A stretch of 64,000 bases of DNA from Candidatus Spongiisociaceae bacterium (GTDB lineage Bacteria > Actinomycetota > Acidimicrobiia > Spongiisociales > Spongiisociaceae): positions 1,280,001 through 1,344,000 of the forward strand of contig OZ253564.1 in assembly GCA_965262915.1 (NCBI GenBank), read 5' to 3'. Made by a program: the position numbers and the translations under genes. Under the pieces are notes generated by a model. The model was given only the letters and a program-made list of their open reading frames with translations, did no database searches and was not told where the DNA came from. Positions 10,891-19,384 of the stretch are shown piece by piece (position 1 is the stretch's first letter; every line of letters starts with the position of its first letter).

Positions 10891-11868
10891 TCAGTTGTCG
10901 TTGGGACGCCGCTCTCGGAGCGCCTCTTCCAAGACAGCCGTTGTGATCCTCTTCTCTTGTGCTAACACGGTCTGTTTGGCTGCAGCCTCGGCAGCGCGAA
11001 CAAGGTCCGCTTGGCTTAAGCGAGCCGTCTGACCAGCAAGCACATCCCAATCAACGTCCATCGTGTCGAGCATCGCAAGCCGACTCCTCATCACCGCCAC
11101 CGCTGCACCAGGATCAGGCAGCGAATACTCGATAACCTGGTCAAATCTGCGATAAAGCGCTTGGTCCAACAACCTAGGATGATTCGTCGCCGCGACAACC
11201 ACGCTCACCGGTGACGCGTGTTCCAGGAATTGAAGGAAAGAGTTGAGCACCCGCCGAGCTTCGCCCACGTCGTTAGGCGCACCCCGTTCGGCTCCGAGAG
11301 CGTCAAACTCGTCGAACAGATAAACGGCTCTGGTCGACGCTACCGCATCGAACACGAGGCGCAGCTGAGCTGCCGTCTCCCCCATGTACTTGCTTATCAC
11401 TACATCGAGCTGGATGGTAAAGAGCGGTCGCTTCAAGCTATGGGCGAGCGCAGCCGCCGACATACTCTTGCCCGTACCCGGCGGGCCCAGAAGCAACACG
11501 CGATGAATAGGGTCAAGACCGTGGGTCGCCAGCAGGTCCGAGCGACGCTGCTCGGTGAGAATACGCTCAAGCTTCCTAAGCAACTGAGGTTCCAACGTCA
11601 TCATGTCCAAGGAGACCTCTGGGTAACTCACCGTCACCAGACCCGCGAGCTCCCCTCGCGGCTGCACCATCGGCACGGGACGCAAAGCCGCGGCCGCACG
11701 TTCTCCCTTCGCAGCATCGATCAAATCCCGAAGATCCTGGGCAAACCGATTCTTCCCTTCTCTGGCGGCTCTCGCAGCAACCTGAAGCGCGACGGAGTAG
11801 AAGCCGTCGTCGTCGCCATCCATGTGGCGACGAATTAATGCCTTGAAGTGATCAGCGGTGAGTGCCAT
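10891..11868 (-). CDS. ietA: AAA ATPase, IetA-like
   Basis: GPPGTGKS, LFDEFD, AATNH, RRFD; directly upstream of the S8 peptidase in the canonical ietAS order. Confidence 0.85.
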   Translation of the reverse strand: MALTADHFKALIRRHMDGDDDGFYSVALQVAARAAREGKNRFAQDLRDLIDAAKGERAAAALRPVPMVQPRGELAGLVTVSYPEVSLDMMTLEPQLLRKLERILTEQRRSDLLATHGLDPIHRVLLLGPPGTGKSMSAAALAHSLKRPLFTIQLDVVISKYMGETAAQLRLVFDAVASTRAVYLFDEFDALGAERGAPNDVGEARRVLNSFLQFLEHASPVSVVVAATNHPRLLDQALYRRFDQVIEYSLPDPGAAVAVMRSRLAMLDTMDVDWDVLAGQTARLSQADLVRAAEAAAKQTVLAQEKRITTAVLEEALRERRPNDN

Positions 11869-12089
11869 GAACTCCGTTCCCTCCCGGTGTCACCCCCGGC
11901 CCCGCCCCAGTCATCGCCAAGTCACTTCGTTCATGCCGGCGAGGACGTGGGTTGCACTCGGTTCTCACCATCCTACGCCGCCGACTCTCAGGTACGGCGC
12001 ATGTGCAGCTTCTTAGGTGTCTCCCACATCGGCTACTAAGCAAACGGCAGTTGAGACGATCGTGGAAGAACACACTCATAATGGAATGG

Positions 12090-12325
12090 CTCTTTCCTTT
12101 GGGGGCCACCTGCGAAGATGGGGTGGCCCCTTGGAGCGGGGGGCGGGTCTGACTCAAAAGAACACTGGCGTGCGCTTGCGTTGCCTTTGCGTTGATCTGT
12201 CGGCCTGTCCCCCGGTCCAGGGAAGAGCGGGGTTTCGGCTCCGAGCGGATGTGACCTAATAGGAGCTTTAGCTTCCCAGCACCGTGAGTGTACTGTCCAC
12301 CGCTTTTTGCCGGAACCCCGCAACA
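12090..12325 (+). ncRNA. IS110 bridge RNA (5' hairpin, target-binding loop, donor-binding loop); ends approximate
   Basis: Hairpin 12101-12130; stem 12133-12153/12199-12218 encloses AAGAACA (12158-64) and CGTTGAT (12190-96); stem ~12227-12255/12295-12321 encloses ATAGGAGC (12259-66) and TGAGTGT (12285-91). Confidence 0.8.
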
Positions 12326-12354
12326 AGAGTAGCGCCCTCGAGGAGGTGGTGGTC

Positions 12355-13587
12355 GTGTCGGGGAATCGGGTTGATGTGTTCGGTGGGGTTGATACCCATC
12401 GTGACACCCATGTAGCGGCGGTGGTGGATACTGCTGGTCGCCTGTTGGGGTCAGAGTCGTTCGCAGCGGAGGGAGCTGGGTATCAGCGGTTGGTCGCCTG
12501 GCTGGGATCGCAGGGACATCTGGTCCGGGTCGGGGTAGAAGGAACCGGTAGTTACGGCGCCGGGCTGGCCCGCTATCTGACCGAGGCCGACATCGAGGTG
12601 GTGGAGGTGAACCGGCCGAACCGCCAGCTACGCCGCCAGAAGGGCGGCAAGACCGACAGCGTCGACGCCGAGGCAGCAGCTCGGTCGGCCGCCTCGGGCC
12701 AAGCAACCGCAGTTCCCAAGTCCGGTGACGGTCCGGTCGAGTGCCTGCGGATGCTGAGGACGGCCCGCCGCTCCGCGGTCAAAGCCCGCACCCAGGCCGC
12801 CAACCAGATCCACTCTCTGGTGGTTACCGGCCCTGAGCAGGTCAAACAACAGCTAAAGGGCATGAATCTCAAAGCCCAGGTCCGAGTTTGCGCCCGGTTC
12901 CGACCCGGCACAGACCACACCACCACCGCCTACGCGAAGCGTGCCCTGCGGCATCTGGCCCGCCGATACCAAACCCTCGACACAGAGATCGGCGAACTCG
13001 ACACCGAGATCAGAGGCCTCTGCGCGAAGGCGAACCCGGCGCTGCTGGCGGCAGAAGGTGTCGGTCCTGACACAGCCGCCGCTTTGTTGGTCGCAGTCGG
13101 CGACAACCCCGGGCGTATGAAATCGGAACGGTCCTTTGCGGCGCTGTGCGGCACCAGCCCCGTCCAGGCATCATCGGGACAGACCATGCGGCATCGTCTC
13201 AACCGGGGCGGCGACCGGCAAGCAAACTGTGCGCTGTGGCGCATCGCTACCACCCGGATGCGCCACGACGCCCGCACCAAAGACTACGTAACCCGACGCC
13301 AGACCGAAGGAAAGAACCGAAAAGAGATCATCCGCTGCCTCAAGAGGCACATCGCCCGAGAAATATACCGACTCATCACTAACCCGCCACCAACCCCGAA
13401 CTGCGCGAAGCTGCGCACCCTACGCCAACAAGGCGGCATCACCATCACCCAAGCCGCCCACGCTCTCCGAACCCACCCTGCCCGCATCTCAGAAATCGAA
13501 CGCGGCCGAGACCACAACCACCAGCTCGCTACCCGATACCAGAACTGGCTCCGAACCCACCAACCCGCCCCACCATCATCGATTTGA
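12355..13587 (+). CDS. IS110 DEDD recombinase with an extra C-terminal XRE-type HTH
   Basis: GVDTH, VGVEGTGSYG, KTDSVDA, SPVQASSG, RLNRGGDRQAN; tail LRTLRQQGGITITQAAHALRTHPARISEIERG; AGGAGG at 12341-46 favours the GTG at 12355. Confidence 0.9.
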   Translation: MSGNRVDVFGGVDTHRDTHVAAVVDTAGRLLGSESFAAEGAGYQRLVAWLGSQGHLVRVGVEGTGSYGAGLARYLTEADIEVVEVNRPNRQLRRQKGGKTDSVDAEAAARSAASGQATAVPKSGDGPVECLRMLRTARRSAVKARTQAANQIHSLVVTGPEQVKQQLKGMNLKAQVRVCARFRPGTDHTTTAYAKRALRHLARRYQTLDTEIGELDTEIRGLCAKANPALLAAEGVGPDTAAALLVAVGDNPGRMKSERSFAALCGTSPVQASSGQTMRHRLNRGGDRQANCALWRIATTRMRHDARTKDYVTRRQTEGKNRKEIIRCLKRHIAREIYRLITNPPPTPNCAKLRTLRQQGGITITQAAHALRTHPARISEIERGRDHNHQLATRYQNWLRTHQPAPPSSI

Positions 13588-13601
13588 CAATCATAGGAGC
13601 A
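13584..13601 (+). promoter_or_regulatory. -35 box (TTGACA) at the IS110 right end; forms a promoter only on the excised circle
   Basis: Circle junction reads TTGACA-N16-CATAAT (-10 box at 12077-12082), pointing into the bridge RNA. Confidence 0.75.
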
Positions 13602-15106
13602 TCAACGAGCGAGCAGCATCATCGGACGACCCGATACCCGTAGGTCCAATCCAGCGGTGGGCACTTGAACTACTACCCAACCCGGCAACTCTGCTCCCCG
13701 AAGGCGCCGAGATGGCCTACGAAGCGCTTTCGGTGAACCGAAGCCGCACAGTCCGATCATCCCGCGGCACCATCCGCCGCGACCTGGCAAACGACCTGAG
13801 GCTGCGCGACGGCGGCAGCCGCGCGGATCGCGCAGCCTCCGCATTCCTTCGGTCTACGCGAAGTAGAGCCCGCCGAACCCTTAGCCTGAATCCACCGATG
13901 GGGAGCGCGCAGCGGACATGGAGATATGGTGGAAATGCCTCCTGATCTGCGGCGATAGCTATTGGTAAGGATGGTTCGGTCCTGGGAAGAGGAGCAACTT
14001 CCTGTGAGTGGTGGATCCCGGAGATCGCCCTGGTCAGGAGTGGTTTTCGGAACATGAATCGGTGGATTCAGGCTTAGAGGGTGCGCGGATAGGCGGACGC
14101 GACCGCCCCTATCCGTAACTCCTACGCGGTTCCCACGCGGAGAGACTGCTGGTCATAGCCTCAGGGTCGTCAACCGTCGCAGCCTCCACTGTTTCCCCAG
14201 GTGAGCACCTATCCGCGCACCCTCTTAATCGAGATGACCGTAGACGACGTAGGAGTCGTCTACTGGTGAGGGATCCTCCCCGAACGACAAACCAGTCCAT
14301 ACCAGTGATCACACACCCAGACCAACGACGTAGGACAGCGGCCTCCGGTCACCTCCAAAGCACTTGGCGCGCCATCATCGTCAACAACTCACCGGAACCA
14401 CCGACCTGACGTGCCCATTGTGGACGGTGGAGGACGATGTGTGGATCATCCACGAAACTAGTGACGAAACCTGTAACCGCCGGGATTGGGGTGCCGTCGG
14501 GCGGAGGATCGGCGGGAGGAGCATGGGTTGCTGGATCGGGGCCGCTAAGTTGAAGCGGCTCTACCTCGTTGCTGGCAGGCGCTCACAGACTGAACATTGG
14601 CTAGCGTTGGTCGCCGTGGCGGTCTCTCTGTCGATGGACAAGATCACGAAGTACTAACGACAGTGATACCGTGTTGAGCAGTCGTGTAGTAAAATGCCTG
14701 TTTAGCAGGGTAAACAGTCGCAACTCCGAGTTACAGCCGGTAACTGGCGGAAACACCCCACAACCCGACCCCCGAACGCTACACAACATAACCCAAAAGT
14801 TTACAAGCCGATTTGCGGGCCGAGAACGCGGTCCCACACCGGGAGGCCCACCGACCCCCCAGATTTTCAGGTCCGGATGCCCCGCTTACGGAATGCTAGG
14901 GGTCGCCCCGGTGCGGAACAGATGCACGAGGGTTACGGCAAACCTCGCCCCACGCGGTGTCCATCGCGACTGGTTCGTCAAGGTCGGACACCGAGCCAAT
15001 AGCGCTGACCATCACCGGCCGCAGGGACAGCCCAGACATCATCGGGGGTTGGGCCGGTCGGCCTGTTTCAGCTGGTGCAGCCTTGGCCGTCTCCGTCACG
15101 GTCCAA

Positions 15107-15665
15107 GGGGTAGATCCAGCATCTGTACAGAAAGCGTCGGTTTTGGGCGGCGGTTAGGGGTCGGAGTTGGCCTGGGGGTGGTGTGGTTGTGTTGGTGACG
15201 TCGTATCGACGGTGGAGGTTGATGTGTTGGTAAACGGTGGTCGATAGCTGCACCGAGGTAGGTGGTGTTCCAAGTGGCGATGGCGGTGGTAGGCAGGGCG
15301 AGGCATTGGGCTTTGGAGGTCTTGGTCGTCGGTGGCTGAACCAGTCGACGTACTCGAGGGCCGCGTACTCGAGGCGGCCGAGGTCCCGCCATGGTCCTTT
15401 CTCTCGGATGGGTACGGTCTTGCACAGACCGATGACGACGCTGCCATAGCGTTGTTGTAGGGATCAGGTCGTTTTGGCGGCTGATGCTTGTAGGCGTGAG
15501 ATGAGCAGTGACACGGGTGTGTGACCGTGGCGGACGGTCGCAGCGACTCTGGGGAGCTCGCCCCAACGATTCGAGGACCCGTTGGACTACAACTCGCATC
15601 TGGCCTAACCCTTGACCTGATTACACCCAAACCGACGCGTTCTGTACATTTGCTAGACCAACCCC
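15107..15665 (-). mobile_element. Non-autonomous Tn3-family derivative (559 bp) holding a tnpA 3' remnant and an IS3 transposase remnant
   Basis: 38-bp IRs starting GGGGT (31/38 identical); fragments CLALPTTAIATWNTTYLGAAIDH and TVYQHINLHRRYDV...GQLRPL (Tn3 TnpA end), and YNNAMA...KGPWRDLGRLEYAALEYVDWFSHRR (IS3); no clean 5-bp TSD. Confidence 0.75.
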
Positions 15666-15799
15666 GTCACCGCCGGCGTGTCAAGCGGTCGGCGGTGAGA
15701 CGTTACCTGCTGCACGACTGGCGTCTAATGATCCAGGGTCGTTCCGAAGCGGAACTGGCACACCCGCCCAGTGTTGTAGGACCTAGGCAGTCCACAACG

Positions 15800-17554
15800 C
15801 TACGTTACGTCAGCATCGGCTAGGGCTTGATCTGCTGACCGGTGTTCAGCGTTTGGGTTGAGCTGTGGTTGCGATGACAGGTCTTTGAGCCGCCAGTTGA
15901 TCGGCTTCTCTGGGTCGAAGCTCTTCTCCAGTTGGTGCAAGAAGTCGTTCCCAGGATGGTTCTCAACGGCGGTGGAGATGAGGTTGTGTGCATGCTCGGC
16001 CTTCCCCACAGCCTGGTAACGCGTCGCGAGGTCCAGGGATAAGCCTGCCCTAAATTCACGAGGCATCCTCAAGCAGTTACGCTTGCCATGGCTTCGGAGG
16101 TAGGCGTCGTGAACGGATTGGTGTTCCTCTAAGGGCCATTCTGGGACAGTTCCTAGGAGAAGATGCACTACCATAGCTTCAACAGATGGGGCCTCGACTT
16201 CTTCTCTGTATCTTGTTATGACAGCGTCATAATTCTGCATCGGTGTTTCGGCCATTGCCAGCTTGTTAAATAGGATATAGAGTGCTAAGTACGGCCTTCG
16301 TCGGGGCTTTCCTATATTCGGGAGCAGTTGTTCAACCTTCACGAGGGTATCTTGCAGGTCTGTAACGGCTTGTCCTCCGCGTACGAAGCCCGCTAATTGG
16401 TCTAGAAAGCCCTCCAGACGCTTCCGCCCAGCCGAGGCGGTCACGCTCTCGACCCGACCAATCCAGTACTGCGGAGCAGGAGGGACGTATACAATACCTG
16501 CGCGTTCTTGGCTGTAGTCGTAAACCTCGGTAGTGACCTTCGGCTGACTCCTTATGAAGTCGTTGATCACGTGACGTGCCAAGCGTGCCATACCCTGGAA
16601 CGTCAGGATAGTAACGCCGCCCATACTGAGGGATTCGCCGTGGTGCGGGACTGCCGTGAGTAAAGTCGGTAACTCCCCAAGCTCATGAATGTGCTTTGAG
16701 CGTAGTCCATAGGCTCGGTTCAGTGCGCGCCGAAGATCCGCGCGTCCTATCGGGTTTTCTGACCCCGAAGCCTCTTCACGAAAGTAAGACGGCTGTAGAT
16801 GATCTAGTGCAAATTCACAGAAACGACGGCTGGCTGCGACATGCTCAATCTCCAAGAGTGCACTCTTCACCCGCTCCCTTGTCTGGTCATCCGTCTCGTC
16901 CAACGCCTTGTCGAGTTTGCAGCGCTTGTCTTCAGGATAATCGTCCCAATTAGGAACATGGCCGTCGAACCCCTGAGTTAACGACTCAATGGAAGCGACT
17001 AGCAATGTATAAGTCAGTTCAGGATCGTCTACGAGCCGGTGGAGCCCAATAATATAGTTGCGTATTGCTCGCATGGACGCAAGGTAGGTCTTGCGTTCGA
17101 GTCCAATCAGATCGCTTACGAACCCGACCAGTGTGGTGGCGTCATCGTCGTGGCACCAGACTTGAGAATCGAAGGTCCGGCTAACTAGACTGCTCGGTAC
17201 AACACCAACCAGAGGGCCGCCCGGTTGACTACTTGTTAGCCTGCGGGTGAGTTCATGATCAGGCGTACATGTAACGTTCAGTGCGAAAGAGACGATTGCC
17301 GTAAAGTCACTCAGATATGGATCAATACCATGAGATACGATTACTCCGGGGCCGGGCTCACCTTCGATCAGTTCCGTCAGTTCGTATACGGCGGTACCCG
17401 CATCGCGTAGGAAACTCGTCGGCAATAGCCGGCCAGCAGCCGTCTCTATCGGGGCTCTGCCATACAGCTGGAGATTCGTATGAACTATCCCACGGAGTTC
17501 ATTACGCTGTGCTGGCCCGTGGCTAAAGAGTTTACCCGAAGCTATTTGAAGCAT
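15800..17554 (-). CDS. Hypothetical protein with a HEPN-like Rx4H motif (ApeA-like HEPN candidate)
   Basis: LLVASIESL helix followed by AYGLRSKHIH (R-x4-H); more AT-rich than flanks; ATG at 17554 (MLQIASG). Confidence 0.55.
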   Translation of the reverse strand: MLQIASGKLFSHGPAQRNELRGIVHTNLQLYGRAPIETAAGRLLPTSFLRDAGTAVYELTELIEGEPGPGVIVSHGIDPYLSDFTAIVSFALNVTCTPDHELTRRLTSSQPGGPLVGVVPSSLVSRTFDSQVWCHDDDATTLVGFVSDLIGLERKTYLASMRAIRNYIIGLHRLVDDPELTYTLLVASIESLTQGFDGHVPNWDDYPEDKRCKLDKALDETDDQTRERVKSALLEIEHVAASRRFCEFALDHLQPSYFREEASGSENPIGRADLRRALNRAYGLRSKHIHELGELPTLLTAVPHHGESLSMGGVTILTFQGMARLARHVINDFIRSQPKVTTEVYDYSQERAGIVYVPPAPQYWIGRVESVTASAGRKRLEGFLDQLAGFVRGGQAVTDLQDTLVKVEQLLPNIGKPRRRPYLALYILFNKLAMAETPMQNYDAVITRYREEVEAPSVEAMVVHLLLGTVPEWPLEEHQSVHDAYLRSHGKRNCLRMPREFRAGLSLDLATRYQAVGKAEHAHNLISTAVENHPGNDFLHQLEKSFDPEKPINWRLKDLSSQPQLNPNAEHRSADQALADADVT

Positions 17555-17573
17555 GATTATCTCGTTACACAAT

Positions 17574-17617
17574 TCTTTTCAAGGTTGATGGCGACTCTTT
17601 TTAATGTTGATGGCGAC
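17574..17617. repeat. Two tandem 22-bp repeats upstream of the HEPN-like gene
   Basis: TCTTTTCAAGGTTGATGGCGAC / TCTTTTTAATGTTGATGGCGAC (20/22). Confidence 0.8.
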
Positions 17618-17768
17618 GCGATCTAGTCGGCCCTTCACGGGACGCTGGGTTTCGTCGGTTCTTGTTGTCGGTGTCCGTTCATGTTAGGAGGCGGATTCGG
17701 GCGGTGTAGCTGCGTGGGTACCTCGTCCTCCAGACTACGGCTCGACTGCATCATGCCAAGTAGTAGAG

Positions 17769-18170
17769 CTACTCGTCGAGCGTCTGGCTCATCCGGATCG
17801 AGTTGTAGATGTGCTCCCAGCGCTCACGGGTTTGGGGTCGCACGCCGCGGAACTCGATGCCAGCCAGCATCCGAACGTCGCTTTCGGGGAGCCCCTTCGC
17901 CTGGGCGAACTCGTGCAGGCTGTCGGGGATGTCGGTGGGCTGCTTTGCGAGCAGCCGACGGCCGAGGAGGGCGCTCATGGTGACGCCGAGTGCTTTGGCG
18001 ACGGCGTAGAGGGTTTCGGCCGATGGTCGCTTGCCGGCCGTGTTCTCAAGACTCCAGAGGTAACCCTTGCTCACCCCGGCGGATATGGCGAGCTGGCTGA
18101 GACTTAGGCCGGTGTCACCTCGATACTTGCGGATTCGATCTCCAATTGATTCGCCGGTCTCGTTGCTCAT
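17769..18170 (-). CDS. capH: XRE-family repressor, CapH/DdrO-like
   Basis: IRKYRGDTGLSLSQLAISAGVSKGYLWSLEN HTH; C-domain IEFRGVRPQTRERW resembles the DdrO ELRG cleavage region; paired with an IrrE-like peptidase beside CBASS. Confidence 0.75.
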   Translation of the reverse strand: MSNETGESIGDRIRKYRGDTGLSLSQLAISAGVSKGYLWSLENTAGKRPSAETLYAVAKALGVTMSALLGRRLLAKQPTDIPDSLHEFAQAKGLPESDVRMLAGIEFRGVRPQTRERWEHIYNSIRMSQTLDE

Positions 18171-18213
18171 GGTTGGTGGAGGCTGCGTGGTGCGATCATG
18201 GGTCTCCCTTTCG

Positions 18214-19140
18214 TTACAGGCCACGGCGGTAGAGCGCAAGGACGCGCTTTCGTCCGTTGTAGGGCACTACCCGTGCCGAAACCTCGACATCCGGAACAGG
18301 CTCCCGCGAGAGCTCGTCGAGGGTCGTGTGTTCATGCACCACCTCTCCCTGCATGGCACGCCCAAGGGGTGAGTCGATGCTGACCGACTTGTGGGTGGGG
18401 ATGAATGGCCAGTCCCCCCGGCTTCGGGCGGTACGAACACGCAATTTAGGCTCGGCGTGCGGGTCGCCGTGCTGGCTTGGCTTTAGATTGTCTTCGAGGA
18501 CGATGAACATCGTCGGGTAGGGTGCGAGGTCCACGATTCGGTGTCCGCTCGCTTCGAGGCTCGCCTGGTAGGTCTCTGCCACGTTCATCAGGGTCTCTAT
18601 CCCGAAGTCGGTGTTGTTCAGGTCCGCTTGCAGGTGCTTCTGAGGTAGGAGAAGTGAGCTAGCGCCCTGATCGCACATGGCTTCGAGGTCATTGCCTTTC
18701 CCTGGAGTGACCGAAGGTGCGCATCGGTAGCGCGGCTGCAGCTCAAAGCCCTGAAAGAAGGTGTGAACACACTCGTGGAAGATGGTGAATCGCCGTCGCG
18801 TCTCTCCATCCGAGGCCCTCACCTTGATCGTGATGTCCTGATCGTCGCAGATGAGGCACCCCGCGACATCAAGTTCGGTCTCCTCGATTCGTGACACATC
18901 GAGGTATGAGGCCACGACTGCGGGATCGATTGGGGGAGTTAGCGCCAGCTCATTGATGACGTCGTCCGCGACGGCGACAACGTCCGCGGGCCCGGGCTGG
19001 CGGAGGCACTGGAACTCGAGGAGGGACAGCTGTTTCACGTTCCCGTTCGATGATAGGGCGTTCTCGGTCAGGAACTGGTATCGTACTCCGGTAGAGAACG
19101 GGATGGTCCCGTTCGGGAACGGGGGGTGAGATGAGCTCAC
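18214..19140 (-). CDS. capP: ImmA/IrrE-family metallopeptidase, CapP-like (true start probably downstream of 19140)
   Basis: RRRFTIFHECVH (HExxH), EAMCDQGASSLLLP, YQASLEA, then a C-terminal GAF-like region. Confidence 0.8.
   Translation of the reverse strand: MSSSHPPFPNGTIPFSTGVRYQFLTENALSSNGNVKQLSLLEFQCLRQPGPADVVAVADDVINELALTPPIDPAVVASYLDVSRIEETELDVAGCLICDDQDITIKVRASDGETRRRFTIFHECVHTFFQGFELQPRYRCAPSVTPGKGNDLEAMCDQGASSLLLPQKHLQADLNNTDFGIETLMNVAETYQASLEASGHRIVDLAPYPTMFIVLEDNLKPSQHGDPHAEPKLRVRTARSRGDWPFIPTHKSVSIDSPLGRAMQGEVVHEHTTLDELSREPVPDVEVSARVVPYNGRKRVLALYRRGL
19096..19123. promoter_or_regulatory. Overlapping inverted repeats in the divergent capP/CBASS control region (candidate operator)
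   Basis: GAACGGGA-tgg-TCCCGTTC (19096-19114) and CCCGTTC-gg-GAACGGG (19108-19123); further GTTC/GAAC half-sites at about 19037-19075. Confidence 0.5.
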
Positions 19141-19376
19141 GCAACGAACGACACGTTACGCCGCATCCGGAGGGTGGCTGGCAGGTTACCCGTCCGGGTG
19201 CCGCCCGGGCCATTGCGCGTACCGAAACGCAAGCAGACGGGATCGACCGAGCAAGAGCACTCCTGGGCAACGACGACGGCGGCGAGTTGGTGATTCATGG
19301 CCGCGACGGCCGGATCCGTGACTCGGACACGATCTCGCCGGGCAACGATCCGTTCCCACCAGCGGACACGCGGTAA
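19131..19376 (+). CDS. DUF2188 family small protein
   Basis: HVTPHPEGGWQV...TETQADGIDRAR...GGELVIHGRDGRIRDSDT. Confidence 0.85.
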   Translation: MSSRNERHVTPHPEGGWQVTRPGAARAIARTETQADGIDRARALLGNDDGGELVIHGRDGRIRDSDTISPGNDPFPPADTR

Positions 19377-19384
19377 CCGCCACC

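Larger units (their letters stand above)
12071..13601 (+). mobile_element. IS110-family element bounded by a duplicated CA core
   Basis: Left junction GGAAGAA-CA-CACTC (core 12071-12072), right junction ATAGGAG-CA-TCAACG (core 13600-13601); no terminal IRs; ends match the guide segments in the left non-coding end. Confidence 0.85.

Noticed and set aside
12307-12354. TTG start of the IS110 ORF at 12307
   Set aside because: It lies inside the bridge-RNA donor stem; the SD at 12341-46 supports GTG 12355
13610-14890. Short ORFs between the IS110 and the Tn3 derivative
   Set aside because: No recognisable motifs; probably degraded DNA, so left unannotated
14896-15099. Possible RepSA-like replication initiator fragment (MDTAWGEVCRNPRAS)
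   Set aside because: Resemblance is too short to support a call
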